This document shows, one piece after another, positions 42,688 to 52,800 of a stretch of 64,000 nucleotides of DNA (its first letter is position 1; the number at the start of each line of letters is the position of its first letter). The notes under the pieces were generated by a model that was not told the origin of the DNA, did not search any database, and was given only the letters and a program-made list of their open reading frames with translations. A program made the position numbers and the translations under genes. Location: contig OZ219747.1 of assembly GCA_964291265.2 (NCBI GenBank), positions 1,216,001 through 1,280,000 on the forward strand, in the 5' to 3' direction. The DNA comes from Alphaproteobacteria bacterium (GTDB taxonomy: Bacteria; Pseudomonadota; Alphaproteobacteria; SP197).

Positions 42688-44181
42688 ATGGCGATCGACG
42701 AGGACACGCGGGCGACGATCGTGCGGCTGTCGCGGGCCGAGGGCTGGGCTGTGGGGACGATTGCCCGGCATCTCGGCGTGCACCACGGCACGGTGACGCG
42801 GGCGCTCAAGGCGTCGGGGCAGGAGCGGCGGCCGCGGGCCAAGCTCATCGACCCCTTCGTTGCCTTCCTCGGGGAGCGTCTTGAGGCGTCGCCGGACCTT
42901 CCGGCCAGCACGCTCTGGCGACAGGTCGTGGCCCTGGGCTACCGCGGCGGCGAGGATCACTTCCGTCACGACCTGCGCCGCCTCGGGCTGAGGCCGGTGA
43001 AGAGGCCCGAGCCGTCGCTGCGGCTGAGCTTCCTTCCGGGCGAGCAGGCGCAGGTTGACTGGGCCGAGTTCGGGAAGGTCCGCATTGGCCGGGCGGAGCG
43101 CAGGCTCATGGGGCTTCTCGTCACCCTCAGCTACTCGCGCCAGACTGTCCTGAGCCTGTTCCACGACGCGCGGATGGCCAGCTTCCTGCAAGGCCATGTC
43201 GAGGCTTTCGCGGCATTCGGGGGTGTGCCGCGGAGGCTTCTGTACGACAACCTGAAGAGTGCCGTGGTGACGCGCCGCGGCAAGGCGGTCACCTATCATC
43301 CGATGCTGCTCGGCCTCGCGGCCCACTATGCCTTCGAACCGAGCGCCGCCTGGCCCAGGAGCCCGCAGGAGAAGGGCCGCGTGGAACGCCGTGTGCGCTT
43401 CGCGCGCACCGGGTTCTTCGCCGGGCGCGACATCACGGTCCCGCTCGGCGAGCTCAACGCCGCGGTTCGGGAGTGGTGCTTCGGCGCCGCCGCGGAGCGG
43501 CCCTGGCCGGACGACGACAGTCTCCTGGTGCGGGACGCCTTCGCCCGGGAGAGGGAGCACCTGATCGTCCTTCCCGTCGACCCCTTCCCGCATCACGAGG
43601 TCCGCCCGGTGCGCATCGACAAGACCTGCCACGCCCGCTTCGACACCAACGACTACAGCGTTCCGGGTAGCTTCTCCAAGGCCCTGCTGACGCTGGTCGC
43701 CGACCGCGACGAGGTCCGCATCCTCGACGGCGCCGACGAGGTCGCGCGCCACCGACGCTCCTACGACAGGAAGCAGGCCGTCACCGATCCGGAGCATGCC
43801 AGGGCGATCGCCGCGGGCAAGCGGCGGGCCCGCTCCATGAGCGTCCGCGACCGGGTCCTGCGCACCGTGCCGCGGGCCGAGGAGATGCTGGCGCGCGCCG
43901 GGACCAACGGGCGCAACGTGGCCTCCTGCGCCCGGATGCTGGAGACGCTTCTCAACGCGCACGGCGCCGACGCTCTCGACCGGGCTGTCGCCACGGCGCT
44001 GGAGCGCGGCTCGTGCCACCCCGAAACCGTGCGCGTCATCATCGAAGAGCGCCGCCGGGAGCAGGGCCTGCCGCCCCTCAGCATCGCCGACGACGGCCGC
44101 GGCGGCCGTGGCACGACGCCGCGGGGGACCGCTCTCGACGCCTACGACAGGCCCGAAGCCAGCGCCAGGAACAAGACATGA
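42688..44181 (+). CDS. istA: IS21 transposase IstA (copy 2)
   Basis: Same motifs as copy 1; differs at PADP/PVDP. Confidence 0.93.
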   Translation: MAIDEDTRATIVRLSRAEGWAVGTIARHLGVHHGTVTRALKASGQERRPRAKLIDPFVAFLGERLEASPDLPASTLWRQVVALGYRGGEDHFRHDLRRLGLRPVKRPEPSLRLSFLPGEQAQVDWAEFGKVRIGRAERRLMGLLVTLSYSRQTVLSLFHDARMASFLQGHVEAFAAFGGVPRRLLYDNLKSAVVTRRGKAVTYHPMLLGLAAHYAFEPSAAWPRSPQEKGRVERRVRFARTGFFAGRDITVPLGELNAAVREWCFGAAAERPWPDDDSLLVRDAFAREREHLIVLPVDPFPHHEVRPVRIDKTCHARFDTNDYSVPGSFSKALLTLVADRDEVRILDGADEVARHRRSYDRKQAVTDPEHARAIAAGKRRARSMSVRDRVLRTVPRAEEMLARAGTNGRNVASCARMLETLLNAHGADALDRAVATALERGSCHPETVRVIIEERRREQGLPPLSIADDGRGGRGTTPRGTALDAYDRPEASARNKT

Positions 44182-44879
44182 GCGAGCTCAGGGAGCGTGC
44201 CCGGGCGCTCGGCCTCCACGGGCTCGTCGAACGCTGGGACGAGGTCGCCGGGACCGCATGGATCGAGGAGGTGGTCAGCGGCGAGGAACAGGCCCGCAGG
44301 GCCCGCAGCCACGAGCGCCGCCGCGCCGCGGCGCGGCTGCCCGCCTTCAAGCCCCTGGCGGACTTCGACTGGACATGGCCGCGCGACATCAGCCGGGCTC
44401 ATGTCGAAGCGCTCCTCGGCCTCGGCTTCGTCGACCGTGCGGACAACGCCGTGCTCGTCGGCGGGCAGGGCACCGGAAAGACCATGATCGCCGCCAACGT
44501 GGCGCACCAGGCCCTGCTGCACGGCCACACCGTCCGCTTCGAGAAGGCGCCGGAACTGCTCGAGGCACTCGCCGAGACCGTCTCGCGCAGCGAGCTGCGC
44601 CGCCGCCTCGCGATCCTCGCCAGGCCCCGCCTGCTCGTCCTCGACGAAATCGGCTACGTGACCCTCGAAAGCCACCATGCCGACATCCTCTACGCCATCG
44701 TCTCGCGGCGCTATCAGCGCCGCTCGACCATGGTCACGACAAGCCTCGCCTTCGCCCAGTGGGACCGCGTCTTCCCCAGCGCCTCCGGCATCGCCGGCAC
44801 CGTCGACCGGCTCATGCACGACGCAACCCTCATCTCCATCGACAGCGACTCCTGGCGGCTCAGGCGTGAAACCCGATAA
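44178..44879 (+). CDS. istB: IstB ATPase (copy 2)
   Basis: GGQGTGKT, LLVLDEIGY; ATGA overlap with istA. Confidence 0.92.
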   Translation: MSELRERARALGLHGLVERWDEVAGTAWIEEVVSGEEQARRARSHERRRAAARLPAFKPLADFDWTWPRDISRAHVEALLGLGFVDRADNAVLVGGQGTGKTMIAANVAHQALLHGHTVRFEKAPELLEALAETVSRSELRRRLAILARPRLLVLDEIGYVTLESHHADILYAIVSRRYQRRSTMVTTSLAFAQWDRVFPSASGIAGTVDRLMHDATLISIDSDSWRLRRETR

Positions 44880-45759
44880 ACCCCGCCGCGTCGACTTCGA
44901 CGCCGTCAAGCGCATGCCGTTCGAACGCATCGCCGCCGACTGGGGATACGTCCGCGACGAACAGGCCTCGACACGCGCCAACCCCGTCCTGTGCGCACCC
45001 GGCCTGCCGAAGCTCGTCACGAAGTGCCTCAACAACGGACACTGGGTCTACTTCAACACCCAGAACGATGAAGACAACGGAACCGTCATCGACTTCATGC
45101 TCAACCGCGGACTGGCCTTCGCCGACATCTGCACCCGCTTCGCAGCACCCGACGCCGCGCCACGCGACTTCCGCAGCCTCTGGGCCGCGGCAACGCCCGA
45201 TGCGGCCCCGGACTGGCTCACCGGGCGCGGCATCCTCCCGGAGACCCTCGACACCTGCCGCCCCCTGGTCCGCCGCGACCACAACGGACGCGTCCTCTTC
45301 GCCCATCGCAACAGGAAGCGAAAGCTCACCGGCTTCGAGATCGGTCCCCCCGACGGACCGAAACGCTTCGCCACCGGTGGAACCCGAAGCCTGTTCGCCG
45401 TCCGCGCCGGAACCGCCGCGGACCTCGAGGCCCTCGTCATCACCGAAAGCGCCGTCGACGCCCTCAGCCTGGCCCAGATCGACCAATGTCCCCCCAGCCA
45501 CGCCTTCCTCTCCACCGCCGGGGCACCCTCGCGAAGACAGCACGAACAGATCAGCCTCGCCGCAAGCAGCCTGCCCAACGTCAGGACCATCGTCCTCGCC
45601 CAGGACCACGACGAGGCCGGAGAGCGACAGGCCGAAACCCTGCGCAAAAAGATGAAGCTCCCCTCCCACGTCTCGTTCCACAGACGCAGACCGCCGGAAA
45701 ACGCCGACTGGAACGACGTCGTCAACGCCAGGACCAAAGAACCACAAGCGAGATCATGA
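44866..45759 (+). CDS. DUF3991/Toprim primase-like protein (copy 2)
   Basis: ITESAVDALS, AQDHDEAG, DWND; GTG start overlaps the istB end. Confidence 0.8.
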   Translation: MKPDKPRRVDFDAVKRMPFERIAADWGYVRDEQASTRANPVLCAPGLPKLVTKCLNNGHWVYFNTQNDEDNGTVIDFMLNRGLAFADICTRFAAPDAAPRDFRSLWAAATPDAAPDWLTGRGILPETLDTCRPLVRRDHNGRVLFAHRNRKRKLTGFEIGPPDGPKRFATGGTRSLFAVRAGTAADLEALVITESAVDALSLAQIDQCPPSHAFLSTAGAPSRRQHEQISLAASSLPNVRTIVLAQDHDEAGERQAETLRKKMKLPSHVSFHRRRPPENADWNDVVNARTKEPQARS

Positions 45760-45785
45760 CCACGTCCGTCACAAGGAGACCACTC

Positions 45786-46076
45786 ATGCCCCTCACGCCC
45801 GCCGAAAAGCAGCGGCGATACCGGGAACGGCGCAAGGCCGGCATCCCTCCCGTCCACACCCCAAAGCACCGTGACCGGCGCTCGCGACCGCAACGCTGGA
45901 ACGACGCCGTGGCCGAACTGCGCGCCCTGCAGGACGAATGGCGTGACCACCTCGACAGCATCCCCGAAAGCCTCCGTGACACGCCTTACGGAGAACGCCT
46001 GCAGAGCGTCGCCGATGCCGACATCGAGGCCCTCGAGGACATCGAACCGCCACGCGGCTACGGAAGGGATACGTGA
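45786..46076 (+). CDS. Small conserved hypothetical protein (orfE)
   Basis: MPLTPAEKQRRYRERR...RRSRPQRW..AVAEL..LQ...PPRGYGRD; AAGGAG upstream; alternative ATG at 45756 overlaps the toprim stop. Confidence 0.7.
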   Translation: MPLTPAEKQRRYRERRKAGIPPVHTPKHRDRRSRPQRWNDAVAELRALQDEWRDHLDSIPESLRDTPYGERLQSVADADIEALEDIEPPRGYGRDT

Positions 46077-46645
46077 TCCCGCAAGACCCTTGAACGCGGT
46101 CACGCGTTACCATCCAGGAATGAGAACGTCTCACCCCGACGCGCTTCTCAGCCTCCCCGGGAAACCCCCGGGCCGTCCAAACGACACCGCATCACGAGAC
46201 TGCCGCAGCCGCTGGCCGGACTGGCTTACAGGTCGCAGCATCCGCCCGAAAACACTCAACGCCTGCCGCACCCTGCAGGACGAATGGCGTGACCGCCTCG
46301 ACAGCATCCCCGAAACCCTCCGTGACACGCCTTACGGAGAACGCCTGCAGATCGTCGCCGATGCCGACATCGAGGCTCTCGAGGACATCGAACCGCCACG
46401 CGGCTACGGAAGGGACACGTAATCTCGCAAGACCCTTGAACGCGGTCACGCGTTACCATCCAGGAATGAGAACGTCTCACCCCGACGCGCCTCTCAGCCT
46501 CCCCGGGAAACCCCCGGGCCGTCCAAACGACACCACATCACGAGACTGCCGCAGCCGCTGAGCCGCAGCAACGCCCGATCCGCCGCCGGACTGGCTCACA
46601 GGTCGCAGCATCCGCCCGAAAACACTCGACGCCTGCCGCACCCTG
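45925..46645 (+). repeat. ~346-bp tandem duplication in copy 2
   Basis: ccctgcaggacgaatggcgtgacc begins at both 45925 and 46271; copy 1 has one unit. Confidence 0.88.
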
Positions 46646-46862
46646 CGCCGCCGCAACCGCAACGCACGCAGCCTCTTCGCCCAGCGCAACAGAAACCGTC
46701 AGCTCTCCAGCCTCGAGATCGTCCCGCCCGACGAACCACGACGAGGACGGAGAACGCCAGAACGAAACCACGCGCAAAAGCCTGAAGCTCCCCTCCCACA
46801 TCACGTTCCACAAACGCCGAACGCCAGAAAACGCCGACCGGAACGACATCGTCAACGTCAAT
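46528..46862 (+). pseudogene. Internally deleted, diverged copy of the toprim gene
   Basis: Aligns to 45151-45357 and then 45604-45730; TGG>TGA; mirrored at about 19280-19612 in copy 1. Confidence 0.8.
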
Positions 46863-47764
46863 GCAAGACCAATGGGATCCAACAATAGGCAGAAAACAAA
46901 GACCGGGCGGACCTTCGTCCAATGCCGCACGTTCTCCTGTCGTGGTCACCCACTCACACGATCAGCGCCCAAAAGAGCGGTTCTCCGCCAATATCCCGCC
47001 GTTCTAAATCGCCGCCGACAAGTCGATCACCTCGGTTTCGGGCTCAAGACCAGAGAGGAAGGTCCAGTTGTCGGCGTCGGCGTCGGCGATGGCGCTGATC
47101 CTGATCGCGGGACGCTTGCGCCTGATGACCTCGCTTGCCAGCTGCGCCTTCAGCGTGCGCTTGCCGCGCTCGGGCATGCGGCCGAGATAGACGGTCTTCA
47201 GGCGCTCACCGTCGGCATCGTGGAAGGAGGGAGACTGTGCCACAGGGCGCCTCGCAACGGCCGTCCTCGCCGATCCGCAGCGCCATCATGGGATCGAACA
47301 CTCCTCGCATGGCCCGATACAACCGCAACACGGGCGCCGACTGCATCACCGTCCTCAATGGCATGGACGCTCCGGGACGCCCTGTGGCGCGTTTCTTCGC
47401 TACCGGCGACGCCCATCAGGCCCATGGCGTCCATGGCGCCCGTTCCGCCCTCCCCGTCGCGTGATGACGGCGAAGCGCGCAGGCGCGATGTCGTTCAAGG
47501 GCACCCTGTCAATGCAGGGTCCGTCCCGCGACACCGGAACCGGGAGGGCGTACCGACCGGCGTGCTGCCTGGCAGGGCCCTGTGGCGACGAAGCGGCATT
47601 GTTGCGAATCGGCTCGGCACCGGAGCGGATTGCACCGTGGGCCCGTCGTCTGCCTGGCATGTACGCGGGCTGAACACGGCAACCTCATGTGATCGCGCCG
47701 TCTAAGCCTGTGTCGGGAGAAGCGAATGTTGCGAAGTGGCGCCTGCCGGTCTGCTGGTGCCGGC

Positions 47765-49252
47765 TCATGAATTCCCTCTGCGTTTGCGGGCGATGTCGAG
47801 CCAGCGATCGATATCGGTCGAGGATTCGATGGCGTCGGCCACGGCGTCAATGGCCATATCGACCTCCCTCTCGAAGGCGATGCCGTTCGCCGCACGACCG
47901 CCGAGGCGTTCGAGGAAGCGGTGTCGGAAGCCGTCCGAACGGAACAGTCCGTGCATGTAGCAGCCCATGATGCGTCCCGAGCGCGAGACCGCACCATCGC
48001 CCCCCGATTCCAGTTCCACCATGGGCCGTTCCAGGTCCGGTCCGGTCGTCACGCCCATGTGCATCTCGTAGCCTGCAACCGGTTCTCCCGTCATGATGTC
48101 GCGGCCCCTGACCTCGGCCAGCTGCTTGGTGTCGGCAAGCGTGGTCGTGATGTCGAGCAGGCCGAGTCCGGGCTCCGAACCCGGTCTTCCCTCGATGCCG
48201 GAGGGGTCGGCGACCTCGCGTCCCAGCATCTGGTAGCCGCCGCACAGTCCGACGATCCACCCGCCGCGCCGGACATGGGCGGCAAGATCGATGTCCCATC
48301 CGTGGGCCCTGAGCGAGGCAAGGTCGGCCAGTGTGCTCTTGGAGCCTGGCAGGATGACAAGATCGCAGGTCCCGGGAAGCGGCTCGCCCGGTTCGATCAT
48401 CCGGAGGTCGACATCCGGTTCCGACATCAGGGGATCAAGGTCGTCGAAGTTGGCGATACGGTCGAAGCGCAGGCAGACAACGCGGATGGCAGCCCCGGTC
48501 CGTCCGGCGCGTGGCCGCGGTCGATCGAGGGCAACCGCATCCTCGGCCGGCAGGCGCCGCGCCGCCGCAAGGTGGGGAATGACTCCGAGACAGTCGAGGC
48601 CGGCATGCTGTCTGATGATGTCGAGCGCGGGATCGAAGAGCGAGACATCGCCGCGGAACCTGTTGATGCAGCAGGCATGCACGAGGTGCCGTTCATCCTC
48701 ATCGAGAAGAGCCATGGTGCCGACGATGCCGGCGATGACGCCGCCGCGGTCGATATCCCCGACGAGCACGACGGGAACGCGGGCCTCGAGGGCAAAACCC
48801 ATGTTGGCGATGTCCCCGTCCCTGAGGTTGACCTCTGCCGGCGATCCCGCCCCCTCGACGAGGACGAGATCGGCCGCGGCCTCCAGATATCGGAAGCTCT
48901 CCATGACGGGCGCCATGAGCGTGCCCGCAAGATCGCGGTAGCCCCGGGCCGAGCTCGAACCCAGTAAACGTCCCTGGACAATGATCTGGGATGTGCGGTC
49001 GGACTGGGGCTTGAGAAGCACGGGATTCATGTGAACGCTGGCCGGGAGGCCACAGGCCCTCGCCTGAAGCATCTGGGCACGGCCGATTTCACCGCCATCG
49101 GCGGCCACGCCGGCGTTGTTCGACATGTTCTGGGGCTTGAAGGGCATGGTCGTCAGACCGCGCCGGGTGAAGGCGCGGGCGAGACCGGTGACGATCAGGG
49201 ATTTTCCGACATCCGAACCGGTCCCCTGGACCATCACTGCAGGCGTCGCCAC
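47765..49252 (-). CDS. cobQ: Cobyric acid synthase
   Basis: QGTGSDVGKS, PFKPQNMSNN, EGAGSPAEVNL, DIANMGFA, GLCGGYQMLG, GYEMHMG, YMHGLF. Confidence 0.96.
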   Translation of the reverse strand: MATPAVMVQGTGSDVGKSLIVTGLARAFTRRGLTTMPFKPQNMSNNAGVAADGGEIGRAQMLQARACGLPASVHMNPVLLKPQSDRTSQIIVQGRLLGSSSARGYRDLAGTLMAPVMESFRYLEAAADLVLVEGAGSPAEVNLRDGDIANMGFALEARVPVVLVGDIDRGGVIAGIVGTMALLDEDERHLVHACCINRFRGDVSLFDPALDIIRQHAGLDCLGVIPHLAAARRLPAEDAVALDRPRPRAGRTGAAIRVVCLRFDRIANFDDLDPLMSEPDVDLRMIEPGEPLPGTCDLVILPGSKSTLADLASLRAHGWDIDLAAHVRRGGWIVGLCGGYQMLGREVADPSGIEGRPGSEPGLGLLDITTTLADTKQLAEVRGRDIMTGEPVAGYEMHMGVTTGPDLERPMVELESGGDGAVSRSGRIMGCYMHGLFRSDGFRHRFLERLGGRAANGIAFEREVDMAIDAVADAIESSTDIDRWLDIARKRRGNS

Positions 49253-49271
49253 GACGGTATGTTCCGGCGCC

Positions 49272-49889
49272 TCAGAATTCGATGCCGGGCTGACTGCGCA
49301 CGCCCTCGCGGAAGGGATGCTTCACGAGGGTCATCTCGGTGACGAGGTCGGCAATCTCGATGAGTGCAACCGGGGCATTGCGCCCGGTGACAACGACATG
49401 GAGGTCATCGCGGCGGGCGTCGAGCGTATCGAGCACATCGTCGGCATCGACATACCCGTAGCGCAACGCGATGTTGAGTTCGTCGAGTATGACGAGGCGG
49501 ATTCCGGGGTCGGCCATGAGTTCGCAGGAGGCCTTCCAGGCAGCCAGGGCCATCTCGGTATCGCGCTCGCGGTCCTGGGTCTCCCAGGTGAACCCCTCGC
49601 CCATGACCTTCCAGGTGACCTGTTCGGGAAACCGACGGAACACCTCCAGTTCACCGATCGTGTCGCGCCCCTTGATGAACTGCACGACGCCGATGCGATA
49701 GCCGTGACCCAGGCAGCGCAGGGCCATGCCCCACGCGGCTGTCGACTTTCCCTTTCCCTTGCCCGTGTGGACGATGAGAAGTCCGCGCTCCTCGGTCTTG
49801 GTGGCCATCATGCGATCACGGGCAGCCTTGCGCTTCCTCATCCTGTCCCGGTGATGCCGGTTGATGGAGTCGTCGTCGGACGTCGTCAT
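49272..49889 (-). CDS. cobO: Cob(I)yrinic acid a,c-diamide adenosyltransferase
   Basis: VHTGKGKGKSTAAWG, VQFIKG, GEGFTWETQ, LDELNIAL, TGRNAP, KHPF...GIEF. Confidence 0.95.
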   Translation of the reverse strand: MTTSDDDSINRHHRDRMRKRKAARDRMMATKTEERGLLIVHTGKGKGKSTAAWGMALRCLGHGYRIGVVQFIKGRDTIGELEVFRRFPEQVTWKVMGEGFTWETQDRERDTEMALAAWKASCELMADPGIRLVILDELNIALRYGYVDADDVLDTLDARRDDLHVVVTGRNAPVALIEIADLVTEMTLVKHPFREGVRSQPGIEF

Positions 49890-52800
49890 GGGATGTCCCT
49901 TTCGCCGAGGAGCGTTTCGAGGGCATGTATCGTACTGTTGCGTCGCGGTGTCCACAGACCGCGTCTGAAGGCCTCGTGCAGGCGTCCGGCGATGTCGGTC
50001 AGGGCCTCGGGGTTGGCCCGGTCGAGAAATGCCCGGATTTCCGTGTTGTCCAGCCATGCATCGGCAATGGCATCGAAGTGGTGCCCGGGCACCGCGCCGG
50101 TCGTTGCGGCGAAGCCGAAGAGGTAGTCCACCGTGGCCGCCATTTCGAAGGCGCCCTTGTAACCGTGGCGCATTACCCCGGCGATCCACCTGGGGTTGAC
50201 GACACGGCCTCGCACGACGCGCGCGATCTCCTCCTTCAGCGTTGCAATTCGCGGGTTTTCGGGGCGCGAGTGATCGTTGTGGTAGACCGCCGGCTGCCGT
50301 CCCGAGACGCGCCGTACCGCCGCCGCAAGGCCGCCTTCGAACTGGTAGTAGTCGTCCGAATCGAGAAGGTCGTGTTCCCTGTTGTCCTGGTTGTGGATGA
50401 CGGCTTCGACATGCCGCAACCGGGTCTCGAGGAGAGAGTGTGCGGCCTCGCCTTCGGCGCCGGCGCCATAGGCAAACCCGCTCCATGCGACATAGGCCCG
50501 GGCAAGATCATCGCGCTCATCCCAACCACCTCCGTCGATCAGCGCCTGAAGACCGGCGCCGTAGGCGCCCGGCATCGACCCGAAGACCCTGGTGGCGGCA
50601 TGTTGGAAGGAGTTTTTCCCGGCGCCTGCTGTCTCGTCGCGCACCATCGCCGCCAGGGGGTTGACGTTCGCCGGTTCGTCGAGCTCTGCAACGGCGCGCG
50701 CGGCCGTGTCGACGAGGTCGATGAGGGAAGGGAAGGCATCGCGAAAGAAGCCGGATACCCTCAACGTGACATCGACACGGGGCCGTCCCAGCACCCCCGC
50801 GGGCATGATCTCGTAGCCAGTGACGCGACCGCTGACGGTATCCCAGGACGGCTGGACTCCCATCAGCGCCAGGGCCTGGGCGATGTCGTCGCCACCGGTC
50901 CTCATGGTGGCTGTCCCCCATGCCGACAGGGCCACGGCGCGCGGCCATTCACCGTGATCCTGGAGATGGCGCTCCACAAGCCGGTTGGCGGACATCCATC
51001 CCAGGCGCCAGGCGGCGGGCGTGGGCACCGATCGCGTGTCCACCGAATAGAAGTTCCGTCCCGTGGGAAGGACTTCCGGGCGGCCACGCGTCGGGGCGCC
51101 CGATGGTCCGGGTTCCACGAACGAGCCGTCGAGGCCGGCAAGCAGGCCGTTGATCTCGTGTGCGCCGCAGACCTGGAGCGCCGGGCGAAGCCGGTTTTCG
51201 ACATCGTCCATCACTCGCGCCGTCGAGGACCAGGATGGATCAGGGGAGATCGAGCCGTCGACGAGGGCAAGAGCGAGGCTCTCGAGGCGTTCCAGCGTGT
51301 CCCCGGTGGTCCGCCACGGCTTCGCGTCGAGTGCGGCGAGAACATCCGGCCTTCGACCCGACCATGGCACGGCCGGGGCCATGTCGAGAGGATCGAAGTC
51401 GAGCGCGAGATCATGAGCGAGTGCGCGCGTGATCGATTGCCCGGCGCCCCTTCCGTCCCCCCGGGGGGCTCGTGCCAGGGCGACGAGCGAGGAGTTGGCA
51501 AGGGAACCTTCAGGCGATCGTCCGAAGATGTGCAGGCCGTCCCTGATCTGCAGTTCCTTGATCTCGCAAAGGTGGCCATCGAGCTTGGTCAGCTTCGCCT
51601 CCATGTCATCGGCCCCGGTGATGCCGCAGTCTTCCTCGAGACCGCTGCTGGCAAGGAGTTCCAGGATGTCCGTCGCGATGACGTCAAGACGTCTGGGATC
51701 GATCTGCGAGGCTTCGTAGTATTCGTCAACAAGCCGTTCGAGCGTTTCGAGTTCTCCATAGGCGCCGGCCCTGGCAAGCGGTGGGGTGAGATGGTCCACG
51801 ATCACCGCGGAGGCGCGCCTCTTCGCCTGGGTGCCCTCCCCGGGATCGTTCACGATGAAGGGGTAGAGATGGGGAAGCGGGGCGAAGGCTGCCTCGGGAA
51901 AGCACGAGGATGACAAGGCCAGCGCCTTCCCCGGGAGCCACTCCAGGTTGCCATGCTTGCCAAGGTGGATCACCGCATGGGCATCGAAAGGCCCCGACAA
52001 CCACATGTAGAAGGCAAGATAGGCATGGGGCGGGACGAGGGCGGGATCGTGGTAGCTCGTGGCCGGGTCGATGTCGTAGCCTCGGGTGGGCTGGATGCCG
52101 ATCGCCAGATTGTCCCAGCGATGAACGCCAAGGTGGAAGAGGCCGTCTGAAACGAAGGGATCGGTCTCCGGTTCCCCCCAGCGCTGGAGGATTGTCTCGC
52201 GGACATCCATCGGCAGGGTCTCGAAGCGCTCATGGTAGATGTGAAGGGGGAGCGTGACGTCCGATCGCCGGGGCGTCGGGCCGGTCCTCCGGTTGGTTGG
52301 TCCCGCCATCAGTGTTTCGATGAGTTCGGCGCCGTCGAAGGGAACGCCATCCACGCGGTATCCGGCGCCCTTCATGGCCTCGACGATGGTGGCTGCCGAG
52401 GCCGGTGTGTCGAGTCCAACTCCGTTGGCGAGGCGTGAATCCCTGCCGGGGTAGTTGGCGAGAACGATGGCGACACGGCGTTTCCGGGGAGGCGTGCGTC
52501 GCAGGCGAACCCAGCTGGCAGCCAGCTTTGCGGTCCAGGCAACACGGTCGGCGACCGGCTGATGGATCACGGCATTGATCTCGGTTTCCGGAAGACGCGG
52601 TCCCGGGGACTTGAAGGAGATGGCGCGGGCGAGAATGCGTCCGTCGACCTCCGGCAGCGCCACGTTCATCGCGATGTCGCGAGGGGCAAGGCCGCGTGTG
52701 CGTGTCTGCCATGTGTCGAGGGGTTCACCGGAAAGGACGACCTGGAGAATCGGGCAATCGGCGTCATCGAAGGGTGAGGGACCTCGGTCGGCGCCCGGAC

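Larger units (their letters stand above)
41695..47020 (+). mobile_element. IS21-family element with accessory genes, copy 2 (all ORFs intact)
   Basis: tgttgatggctgcatagaacggcgggat ... atcccgccgttctaaatcgccgccgaca; 5-bp TSD agtcg at 41690-41694 and 47021-47025. Confidence 0.94.
39268..47243 (-). pseudogene. ISKra4/ISLre2-like (IS256-related) transposase remnant in three pieces
   Basis: 47243-47021 (TVYLGRMPE...DNWTFL...EVID), 41694-41546 (FWHACEHL...WFEKYREILRHDP), 39579-39268 (RELAFFRKHRHRMRY...IGSGLVEAANKTLVTQR..MRW). Confidence 0.8.

Noticed and set aside
45151-46862. DGR-like template/variable repeat pair (toprim gene vs its A-enriched copy)
   Set aside because: Many differences are at non-A positions, the copy has a large deletion, and no reverse transcriptase is encoded in the window
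19120-47020. Composite transposon formed by the two inverted IS21 copies carrying 15 kb of cargo
   Set aside because: Each copy has its own matching TSD and the outer flanks (tttcaac vs agtcg) do not match. These are independent insertions, and the intervening DNA has not been inverted between them.
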